Shown here: positions 12,385-21,781 of the stretch, one piece after another
Layout: every line of letters starts with the position of its first letter
Numbering within the stretch: position 1 is the first letter of the stretch
Assembly (NCBI GenBank): GCA_964016885.1
Contig: OZ024740.1
Coordinates: 164,362,001 to 164,426,000 of the forward strand
Source: Eledone cirrhosa
Lineage: Eukaryota
Length of the DNA: 64,000 nucleotides
Direction of reading: 5' to 3'
Notes under the pieces: model-generated
Told to the model about the DNA's origin: nothing
Databases searched by the model: none
The model's input: only the letters and a program-made list of their open reading frames with translations
Position numbers and translations under genes: made by a program

Positions 12385-15300
12385 TTACAGATATATACTC
12401 AGAGTCGGCCCATTCACTCGGGCCATTCTTGCTTCTCTCACCCATCTTTCAACAAAATGCTGGGAAGAGAGCACTTCCCTCTCTACTCTGATTTTCCTTT
12501 TCAAATGAAATTTGAAAAAGTCAATCAGAGCATCACCGAAGAGGTAAGTGCTCGTCTTCAGCCCTTTCAAACGTGTCCACCATACTATCTCTTTCGCCAT
12601 GGCCACCAGACAGATAAAAACTGCCTGCCCTTCCCGGCTAAAGGAGGAGGGCGGGGCAATCCTCACGATGGACCCAGATGATAGCTGGATCCGTCCTAAA
12701 CGCGACAGCAGGTGTTCGACATAAACCCACAAGTCAGCAATTTTCGGACACTGGACGAGTGCGTGCAGGACGGTTTCGTCGCCCTGCGCGCATCTCGGAC
12801 ATGCCCGGCTGACGGCACCTCCATGCCTGTAGAGTTTATCCCGAACTGGCAAGGCTCCTCGGTAGCACTGCCAGGCCAGAGATTTCTGGAAGTTGTCCAT
12901 AGGCCCTGGCCCGAAAGTTCTTCCGAAGAGATTGGCTAGTTGATTTTCGTCGACGCCTAGAGTTTCCCCAAGTACGTCGTCGCTCTTCCCCTCCACTAAT
13001 CCTCTATAGAACGCCGAGGTGGAGTTTCCACCGATCACATTGCCCGATTGGTCGAGGGCTGTGAGCGCCTGAAGACATTCCAGTCTCCAGGCGCTCCCTC
13101 TCGGTCTTCGCTTGACCCAGGACTGCAGCTCCGTCAAGGAAACGAGCTGGGGAAAAACGCGTCTAGCAAACGGCGACCACACCTGATCACCGTCGAGGAA
13201 GAGGTGGAGATGTCGTAGCCTGAGCGCGTGCCTGCGCATCATCAGCCACGGCATGCCCAGCCCTCCACGTAGCGGGTGTTGACAACAGATGGACCGCCTG
13301 ACCATCGGAGCACGTCCCTTCCACAAAAAGCGAAAGAGCAAACGCTCCAGCGCAGTCAGGCGAGGCTTAGGACAAGGTACGACGGTTAGGCGGTAGCAGA
13401 TGACAGACGCGATGTACGCGTTAGCCACCTCCGCTCGACCTTTCAGGGATAGCTTCCTCTCCGCCCATTTCTGGGTGAGAGAAGCCACCCTGCTCGTCAC
13501 CTCGTCCCAGTTTTTGTCCGTCTGGAGGTCCGGACCGAACCAGACCCCTAGCAATTTAACCGGTCCGTCCGTCCAGCGCCCGACGACGCTGTTGGACGGC
13601 ATGGACCTGCCTCTCCAGGTGCCGAGCTGCAGGCCCACTGACTTTTCCTGGTTGATCATTGCTCCTGTCACCGCTTCGTATTCTCTTAGTGTAGTGCCGA
13701 TCGCCTCGATGTGTTTGGCGTTCGACACCACTACGGTGACATCGTCCGCATATGCTGACACGGATCTTCCGCATCCTAGTTCGCGCAGGACTCCCCTCAA
13801 CGTCTCCAGTTTGTGCAGTAATGGCTCGAGAGTCAATACGTACAAGAGGGACGAGAGGGGACATCCTTGGCGGACCGAGCGCATGATGTTGAACGGTTCC
13901 GACAGGTGACCGTTCACTCTCACCACAGAGCAGATGTCGCTGTGCATGGCAGCGATCCAGCCTCTGAAGACGGGCCCAAAGCCAGCCGCCCTCAGGACTG
14001 CCGCTAGGTAACGATGGTCGACCCTATCGAAAGCTTTCGACTGATCTAAATTGATCAAGGACCCACCCGTGCCAGGTTCCCTAGCTACCCTCTCTACGAT
14101 GTATCGCATGAGGTGGAGGTTGTCGTGGATGGATCTGTCGGGAATGGCGCATGTCTGCGCCTCTCCCACCAGACGACCAACGACAAGCGCCAACCTCTTT
14201 GCTAGCACCTTGGCCAAAATCTTAAACTCTGTGTTTAGCAGAGTTATGGGCCGGAAATTGTCTATGTTATCCCCCTTGTTCGGATCCTTTCTCAGCAGTG
14301 CCACCGCTCCTCGGCTCACAGAACTGGGAATTCTCCCGTTCTGTTGCCAGTTGCAGTAGACGTCCGCCAAGAGGCCTCCGAACAAGTCTGGCATCTGTAC
14401 GTAAAGTTCATAGGGCAGACCATCCAAACCAGGCGATTTACCCCTTGTGCAGCCAGTCATTGCCTCCCGTACTTCAGCGGCTGTTATCGGCTTTTCGCAA
14501 CACTTCGCCTCAGTGGCCGAGAGCCGCGGCAGTCCGTCGAGGTAGACACTAAAGTCCATCCCTCTACCCGGCCCCCCGCTGCCCCCGAACAGCTGAGCGA
14601 AGTGTCGCTGAAAAGCTTCACACATTTGCCCGGGGTCGAGTAGCATGCGCCCGTCGTGGTCCACCAAAGACCGGATCGTGGCTTTGTTGCCACGACGCGC
14701 CTCCGCCACTCGGGCCCATTGAACGGCTTTCGTCCCCTCGTGTCTGAGAGCACGCACCCTAGCTCTGACAACGCAGCCTTCGTGCTTTGCATTGAAGAAT
14801 TGGTCAAGGGCCAATTTCGCCGCAAGCACGTCGGTCGCAATGCCTTTGCTAAGCGCCTCGTCTAATTTTCTAACTAGTTCTCCCTCTGCTCTATTTTTCT
14901 CTATTGCTAAAGCCTTACTAAACCTAATCGATTCTATTCTAATCGCTCTTTTCAGAGCAAACCACCACTTGTTGTTGACGATGGCCCCCGTCAACGCCCG
15001 CTTAACTAGTTCGCTAATCCGGTCTCTGTAGGCCTTGCGCGCTGGTAAGGACGCGTTTAGCTTCCAGTAGTCGGGTCCTCGTCTATGAAGCCTATCTAAG
15101 TCAAGCACACAGGTCACGAATTTGTGGTCCGTGTAGCTGACTATCTTGAATTGTGGACAGCCTATGCTAGACCTATCTATTTCCCTACAAAATACTCTAT
15201 CTAGATATGATCTGGATGACCCTATGCGGTTTGTCCAAGTCCACATTGGCACATTCGGGAAATCCAATCGGTACCTGTCAGACAGTTCAAAACGCCTGAG

Positions 15301-15804
15301 CAGGTTGGTGAGGCTCTTGCACCCTCCACCCCTATCCGCTAATCCCACACAGTCCCAGCGTGCATCTAAGATCCCGTTCCAGTCGCCCACTAACACTAAA
15401 GAGCGGGACGTTCCAAGAAAGGTCTCCAGACGCCGGAAGAAATCAGGCCGCCCTGCTCCTGTCGGGGCATAGACGGCCACTAGCCTGAAAGCTTGCCCGT
15501 CTCCGCTGGTCACGTCCAGCACCACCAGCTTACCCTCTGGGTCCAGGAAGATGGCCCGTATGGCGAGATCCAAACCTCTCCGAAAAAGCACAGCAACTCC
15601 TCCACCCGATCCCGGACGGCTGGGAGATGCGTACACATCGTAGCCGCCGAAGATCGGTGCGAAGGCCCGTGCTTCGGAGATTCTGGTCTCGCTGATGGCC
15701 ACTACATCTATGTTTAGTGACCTGAGGTCGTTGAGCAGGTGACCCTGCTTCCATGACGACCCCAAGCCACGCGCATTTATGCTGCCTATTCTGAGTGAGG
15801 TCAT
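12385..15804 (-). CDS. LINE ORF2p: APE endonuclease, reverse transcriptase, C-terminal CCHC (1139 aa)
   Basis: NARGL, SET, GDWN, LDRVF, TDHK (APE); KSPGLDG, FRPITLLN, DQSKAFD, QGCPLS, YADD (RT); CPRC-x8-H-x4-C. Confidence 0.96.
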   Translation of the reverse strand: MTSLRIGSINARGLGSSWKQGHLLNDLRSLNIDVVAISETRISEARAFAPIFGGYDVYASPSRPGSGGGVAVLFRRGLDLAIRAIFLDPEGKLVVLDVTSGDGQAFRLVAVYAPTGAGRPDFFRRLETFLGTSRSLVLVGDWNGILDARWDCVGLADRGGGCKSLTNLLRRFELSDRYRLDFPNVPMWTWTNRIGSSRSYLDRVFCREIDRSSIGCPQFKIVSYTDHKFVTCVLDLDRLHRRGPDYWKLNASLPARKAYRDRISELVKRALTGAIVNNKWWFALKRAIRIESIRFSKALAIEKNRAEGELVRKLDEALSKGIATDVLAAKLALDQFFNAKHEGCVVRARVRALRHEGTKAVQWARVAEARRGNKATIRSLVDHDGRMLLDPGQMCEAFQRHFAQLFGGSGGPGRGMDFSVYLDGLPRLSATEAKCCEKPITAAEVREAMTGCTRGKSPGLDGLPYELYVQMPDLFGGLLADVYCNWQQNGRIPSSVSRGAVALLRKDPNKGDNIDNFRPITLLNTEFKILAKVLAKRLALVVGRLVGEAQTCAIPDRSIHDNLHLMRYIVERVAREPGTGGSLINLDQSKAFDRVDHRYLAAVLRAAGFGPVFRGWIAAMHSDICSVVRVNGHLSEPFNIMRSVRQGCPLSSLLYVLTLEPLLHKLETLRGVLRELGCGRSVSAYADDVTVVVSNAKHIEAIGTTLREYEAVTGAMINQEKSVGLQLGTWRGRSMPSNSVVGRWTDGPVKLLGVWFGPDLQTDKNWDEVTSRVASLTQKWAERKLSLKGRAEVANAYIASVICYRLTVVPCPKPRLTALERLLFRFLWKGRAPMVRRSICCQHPLRGGLGMPWLMMRRHALRLRHLHLFLDGDQVWSPFARRVFPQLVSLTELQSWVKRRPRGSAWRLECLQALTALDQSGNVIGGNSTSAFYRGLVEGKSDDVLGETLGVDENQLANLFGRTFGPGPMDNFQKSLAWQCYRGALPVRDKLYRHGGAVSRACPRCAQGDETVLHALVQCPKIADLWVYVEHLLSRLGRIQLSSGSIVRIAPPSSFSREGQAVFICLVAMAKEIVWWTRLKGLKTSTYLFGDALIDFFKFHLKRKIRVEREVLSSQHFVERWVREARMARVNGPTLSIYL

Positions 15805-15839
15805 GTTTAAAATAGAGTGGAAAAGATGGGAAAGACCAC

Positions 15840-17933
15840 TTACCGTACTTTTGGTAGAGGAGGGATGGTTTTTACATCCCTTTTCACTTGATCGTCTGGT
15901 GAAGGGACCGTTGAATCGTCCCTTCGGCTGGTCGTCGGCTCTTCTAAGAGAATGTCTGAGTATACTCTTCGATTGATGGTTCCTCCTAGGTCCCTGAAAT
16001 CACCAACTGCGTTGGGGAATTTCGTTTTAATGTTTGTGTATTGTTTCTGTGCTATTTTTAGCAGTCTTATGTTAGTTGGCGTTTTGATTGGTGCTGGTAT
16101 TATGTAGTCCTGTTGTGAAATGTCTGTGTGTTCAATTATGTAAGTCATTAGTTTCTTGTTGTGTGTATTTATTGCCGTGCATTTGTTTTTCTGGGGGTGG
16201 GGTGTGGTTCTGCTATTTTCTTGTCGTTGTTGCTGGGTGTGTGTGTTTTGTTGTTGTGTTTGCGATGTTGGTGCTTGTGGTGGTGGTGTTGAAGGTGTTG
16301 TTGGCGGTGGGGTTGTCGCCGGTGGTGATGGTGGTGCTGGTGTGGGTGGTGATGGTGTTGGTGGTGTTGCTGCTGTGGGTCTCTTTGCAGTAGACTTTAC
16401 CCTTTTCTCATTTCTTTCCTCCCTTTTCAAAGGCGACGATGCGCTGCTTCTGCGTTTGTGCCTTCTTGCGACCTTTTGCCATCCCTCTCCCACCTCACAC
16501 TCCATGTCTGATTCTGTAAGGTCGGGGAGGGGTACCAGCTCCACTCTTTCACTTGTTGTTGTTGGTGATGTTTGCACTGGAGTCTCTGTTGCAGCTGCAT
16601 TTGGTGTTGCTGTTGTTGTTGTTAATATTTCCACTGCTGCTGCTGTCTTTGATTTCCGTGGTGTGGGTATGGGTGCCACGGACCTATCGTTCCTGGTTGC
16701 CGCTTGTCCTGTTGCTGGTAGCCGTGGAGCCGGATTCGGAAGGAGGGGGGTTTTCTCCTTTCTCAGGGTCTTCTCGTTGCAGAAGGCCCTGAGGTGAGTC
16801 TTCGATCCACAGCGAAAGCATTTCGGGCGTTTGCCCTCAACACTTATGGGCAGTTGAGTGCCGTTATCGAAGTCTATCACATCCGGGATAGCTTCGATGC
16901 ACTCCTGGTTGGTTTGGATTAGCATCTCAATGGAGGAGCCGACCCAATCTTCTCTTACTTTTTTCTGTACTTGCAGTACAGTTGTTTTGTCCTCGATTCC
17001 GACGAGGACAGACGCGGCCAGCCAAGAAGGGGTCATTCCGGGGGGGACATGGGTCAGTTTGACCCTCACAATTTTTTGCCCGCAGTAGGAGGGCACCAAC
17101 ACCATTTCCTCGCTCCTTAGGGTCACTACTGATTGGGCCTTTGCCTCCTGGGGTGTGGCAAAAAGTACGTCTACGGTGGCGTATTTTTTGCCTCGGGTGA
17201 TGTGCGTTTTCCTCTGCCACACAGACCCCAAGGCTTTTTGTATTTGGGCCTCTGTGGCTCTTTCCACCCTACGGGATTTTGTACTTACTGTACGGTACGT
17301 GACCGTACAGTGCTCTTGGGTTTCGAAAAAATTTTTCGCTGCCTTGCAGATTGCTCGGTGTCCGTTCTTTGTCACCATCTTCTTCGCTTCCTCTAATTCC
17401 TCATTTGTTATGAGGATTGTTTCCAAGTTTTTCGCAATACCTGCAAATGAGATTGGTTTTTCTCTGCTGTTGTTGTTGTCGTCAGAGCTGCTGGTACTTT
17501 TGTTGCTGCAGGTACTACGACTACTGCCTCCGCCGCTGTTGCTGTGGTTGTTGTTTGTGTTGCTGCTGCTAATGCTGTTGTTGTTTATGCTGCTGGTGAT
17601 GCTGTTGCGGCTGCTACTGTTGTTTTCATTGTCACTGTTGCTGTTGTTATTACGGCTGCTACTGCTATTATTCCTGACGTCAGACGAATGAACTGGGTTT
17701 TCGTATTTCCCGCACACCTGTTTCGTCGCTGTCGTCGTCGTCGTGGAGAAACCTTGCACGCTTTGCACAAGACTTTTCTTTTCTTTCGTCGCTTGCGAAG
17801 GAGAAGGGAGGGAGAGAGACACATTTAAAGAAGGGAGGGAGAGAGACAATCTTCTCTCTGCTGTAGTGATGATTGAGGAAGAAGAAGACGGAATGAGTGG
17901 GAGTGACGTATGAAATTTCTTTTTGGTAGCCAT
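15840..17933 (-). CDS. LINE ORF1p, nucleic-acid binding, one CX2CX4HX4C knuckle (697 aa from ATG 17933)
   Basis: Open frame directly upstream of ORF2; CFRCGSKTHLRAFC; low-complexity S/N and P/T flanks. Confidence 0.88.
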   Translation of the reverse strand: MATKKKFHTSLPLIPSSSSSIITTAERRLSLSLPSLNVSLSLPSPSQATKEKKSLVQSVQGFSTTTTTATKQVCGKYENPVHSSDVRNNSSSSRNNNSNSDNENNSSSRNSITSSINNNSISSSNTNNNHSNSGGGSSRSTCSNKSTSSSDDNNNSREKPISFAGIAKNLETILITNEELEEAKKMVTKNGHRAICKAAKNFFETQEHCTVTYRTVSTKSRRVERATEAQIQKALGSVWQRKTHITRGKKYATVDVLFATPQEAKAQSVVTLRSEEMVLVPSYCGQKIVRVKLTHVPPGMTPSWLAASVLVGIEDKTTVLQVQKKVREDWVGSSIEMLIQTNQECIEAIPDVIDFDNGTQLPISVEGKRPKCFRCGSKTHLRAFCNEKTLRKEKTPLLPNPAPRLPATGQAATRNDRSVAPIPTPRKSKTAAAVEILTTTTATPNAAATETPVQTSPTTTSERVELVPLPDLTESDMECEVGEGWQKVARRHKRRSSASSPLKREERNEKRVKSTAKRPTAATPPTPSPPTPAPPSPPATTPPPTTPSTPPPQAPTSQTQQQNTHTQQQRQENSRTTPHPQKNKCTAINTHNKKLMTYIIEHTDISQQDYIIPAPIKTPTNIRLLKIAQKQYTNIKTKFPNAVGDFRDLGGTINRRVYSDILLEEPTTSRRDDSTVPSPDDQVKRDVKTIPPLPKVR

Positions 17934-18164
17934 GTTTTTTTGTTTAAAATGAAATTTTGGGTACAAAACCCCAATAACTGGTTATTTAACCCCGAAGGGC
18001 CAAATAACGGACAGAAAGACCCCTCTCACGAGGAGGAGGGTGTCTTTATCAACAATTTGGTTCAAGTTTTAAACAATTTACAATTGTTTTAACGGTTAAA
18101 AATTACTATACCTTACAGAGCCGAGCCTCCGTCAACCATGGCATTCAATAATAATAATAATAAT

Positions 18165-21100
18165 AACAACTGGACGAAAGAATTGAATAGAACTGTTATG
18201 CAATGCTACCTGAAAAGTAACCCCAAGGAGAGGGGCTACAGGAGACGGATGCATAACATCTGGAACGAGATTGGTTTATTTAAATTAGATGAACAAAAAT
18301 TGGCCGGGCAGGCTCGGGTAATAAGAACTAATGGGTGGATAAGCGAGCTGGAACTGGAGGAACTGAGCAGAGAGAATGGCTTGGAGATGGCGGGTGTAGT
18401 ATGCCAGACAAGCGAGCCGGCGGGAAATGAAGGTGAGGAGGTCCTGAGAGCGGAGGAACCACCCGAAGCAGACAATGATCTGAATACTGAGATAAATAAT
18501 ACCTGGAACAGAGATACGGCCACTGAGGAGATGAATGCTGACGGGCTAGGACAAGATTCGGTTGACATCCTAAATTTAGTGGTAGATGAGTTGAACAATG
18601 ATAGTGGGAGACCTATGAACCTAAGATTTGTAGACAGGAAAAAGTTAAAAGAAACAACAGCTAAGGTAAACAAAGTCATCCCATACCTTGAGGCGAGGAG
18701 TCTTCACCAGTGCAACAATATCCTCAAAGCAACAGCAAATACGGTGAGGAAACTACTTGGTATAAAAGCGAGAGGAAACAACAGACAAGAAAGAGCAGAG
18801 CCGTGGTGGAAGAAGCGACTGAGTGGGCAAATCGGGGAAATGAGAAATGACATAGGAAAGCTTGAGTCACTACTGAATGGGACACTAAAAAACATAGGCA
18901 CTAAAAATAGACTGGAAATAAAATACAAAACTAGGAGTAAAAAGCTAAATATTATCATAGAGGAATTGAAGCAACGCATTGTAGCAAAGAGTGCCAAAAT
19001 CAGGCGATACGAGAACAGAGTCAGTCAGTATAAACAGAACCGCATGTTCGACAACAACCAGAAGATGCTGTTTGGACAGCTTGAGGGGAAAGAAAAAGGC
19101 AACGACTTGATCCCTGGGGCGGAACAAGCTAAAACATTCTGGAGAGGAATATGGGAGCAGGATGTTAGACACAATGCCCAGGCAGGGTGGATTGAGACAG
19201 TACAGAGGGAGATCGGTGAGCAGGCACAGCAACAGACTGATTTGAGTATCACAGTTGAAACTCTTAAGGGGCAAGCCAAAAAACTAACCAACTGGAAATC
19301 ACCAGGCCCAGATGGTGTGCAGGGGTATTGGATTAAACATTTAACATCCCTCCACCCGAAGCTGACGGCCATGTTCAATGACTGCTTGGTGTCGGGTGAG
19401 GTGCCAGAGTGGTTGACAAAAGGTACCACAGTTCTGATAATGAAAGACCGAATCAAGGGTAATGATGTTACCAACTATAGACCTATCACATGTCTGCCCG
19501 TAATGTGGAAACTGTTGACGAGCATTGTGTCTGAGGAAATCTACCATCACCTCCACACAAACAACTTGTTGCCGGACGAACAGAAAGGATGCCGAAAGAA
19601 GTCACGTGGTACAAAGGACCAGTTGCTTATTGATAAGATGGTAATGGGGAATTGCAGGAGGAGACACACTGATCTTGCCATGGGATGGATAGACTACAGA
19701 AAGGCATTTGACATGGTGCCTCATTCCTGGATCACCAAAAGCCTGGAGATCTTCAGGGTGGCAGATAACATCAGACAGTTGCTGGGCAGGAGTATGGGGT
19801 CCTGGGAGACAGAGTTGACATCAACTGGAGTATCCTTGGGAAGCGTGAAGATCAAGAGAGGTATCTTCCAGGGAGATAGCCTGTCCCCTCTGTTGTTTGT
19901 CCTTGCCCTGATGCCCTTGACCATTATGCTGCGAAAAGTGAGAGCAGGATACAAGTTGGGAAGGGGAGAGCTTACCATCAATCACCTCCTCTTCATGGAC
20001 GATCTTAAGCTCTTCGGGAAAAGTGAGAAGGAGTTGGATGTGCTTGTTGACACTGTCCGTATTTTCAGCAGTGATATATGTATGCAGTTTGGTATTGGTA
20101 AATGTGGAGTCATCGTGATGAGGAGGGGTAGGTTGAGCAGAAGTAACGGGATCCAGATACCAACAGGTGAGATGATAAAGGAAATTGACTCTGAGGAAGG
20201 ATACAAGTATTTGGGCGTTCTGGAGGCTGATGGCATAAAGAACAAAAAAATGAAGGAATTGTTAAGAACTGAATACATTCGGAGAGTAAGGAGCGTATTG
20301 AAGTCACATCTGAACAGCAGAAATGCCATAAGCGCAGTAAATTCCCGAGCTGTGTCTATTATTAGGTACAGTGCGGGAATTCTGAGATGGAATGTTGCTG
20401 AACAAAAAGAAATGGATAGGAAGACTAGGAAGCTATTGACTATCTACAACATGTTCCACAAGAGGAGTGATGTCGATAGACTCTACCTAAGGAGATCTGA
20501 GGGTGGAAGAGGTCTTATCAGCATAGAGGACTGAGTTCAGATGGAGAAAAACAACCTATACAAATACGTGACCTATAGTAAGGAGCCAATGCTCAGAGCT
20601 GTACTGAAGGAGGGGACAGTAAGCCAGGGGATACCCAAGGAGGAAATAACATCAAGGAGGAAGAGCAGCCTTAAGGGAAAATCCCTTCATAGTACCTTCT
20701 TTGAGAAAACTGAATTTAGAGATCCACAGACATGGAACTGGTTGAGAAGAGGAGACCTCAAAAAGGCTACAGAAGGAATGCTAATGGCTGCGCAGGAGCA
20801 GGCCCTCAAAACGAAGTGGTTGAAGCACCATATCTACAAGGAGGAGGCTAGCCCACTGTGCAGGATCTGTGGAGAGAGAGAGGAGACTGTGGCTCACATT
20901 GTGTCCGAGTGTAAACACCTAGCCCAGACCCACTATAAGGGCTGGAGACACGATGTGATGGGCAGGGTGATCCACTGGCACCTGTGCAAAGTAAACAATC
21001 TACCACATTCTGAGAAATGGTATGAGCATAGGCCAGAGGCGGTGATGGAGAACAGTCAGGTGAAGGTGCTGTGGGATTTTAGGATACAGACGGACAAAAA

Positions 21101-21431
21101 ACTGGAACACAATAGACCTGACCTGGTGGTTGTGGACAAAGAAAAAAGATCGTGCCTGATTGTGGATGTGGCCTGCCCGTTCGACACGAGAGTGCAAGAG
21201 AAGGAGAGGGAGAAAATTAACCGATACCAGGACCTAAAGTGGGAGGTGAAAAGGATTTGGAACTGCCATGAAGTCAAAGTGATCCCGATTGTCATAGGCG
21301 CACTGGGGACTATCTCCAAAGGTTTCCAGGGATGGTTAAAGAAAATCGGCCCCTTCACGCTTTTTGGAACGCTTCAAAAGGCATGCTTGCTTGGAACGGC
21401 AAGAACCCTCCGATACGTCCTGAATATCTGA
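18165..21431 (+). pseudogene. Dong-like ORF interrupted by one nonsense codon (TGA 20532-20534)
   Basis: ORFs 18138..20534 and 20541..21431 are in the same frame; copy 1 has TGT at that codon. Confidence 0.88.
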
Positions 21432-21505
21432 GGCTGCAGGTAGTGGCTTGATATTCAATCCAACGGACTTTCCAGTTAACCAACATCAATGACTGAGATT
21501 CAAGG
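18165..21505 (+). mobile_element. R4/Dong-clade RLE LINE copy 2, nearly complete ORF, in (AAT)n
   Basis: R4-type N-terminal block (WTKELN..MQCY..GYRRRM..W), RT, CCHC, RLE; AAT tracts at both ends. Confidence 0.93.
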
Positions 21506-21781
21506 AATAACAATAACAATAATAATAATAATAATAATGTTTTCTTTATTAACCACAAGGGTTCACATAAAGTAGACATTAAGGACAGTACAGGACAATA
21601 CAGGACGGTACAAATGGGCATTTCTGCGTGTAAAAAAACAGAGGTTGAAATAAAATAACAAAGAAAAATTCCCCAATAGGGAGGAGACTTACAAGGGACA
21701 TTTGTGGAGAAAGCCCATTAAAAGACCACAGTGGCCCTGACCACCAGGGCAAGTGCCCTCTCCCAGTTTTCCACCTTTAAT

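Larger units (their letters stand above)
12123..18146 (-). mobile_element. L1/Tx1-clade LINE copy C, full length, both ORFs intact
   Basis: 5'UTR-ORF1-35 nt spacer-ORF2-3'UTR-AATAAA-(ATT)n; both ends lie in ATT repeats. Confidence 0.95.

Noticed and set aside
13400-15472. Antisense ORFs conserved between Tx1 copies C and D
   Set aside because: Explained by near-identity of the GC-rich ORF2; no independent coding signal.
20532-20534. In-frame TGA at a Cys codon in Dong copy 2 as selenocysteine
   Set aside because: The near-identical copy 1 has TGT and the same ~75-nt 3'UTR; no SECIS seen. A nonsense mutation is simpler.
21539-21560. Tx1 3' end as the source of the SINE tail
   Set aside because: Only about 15/22 identical, weaker than the 24/28 match to the RLE fragment.
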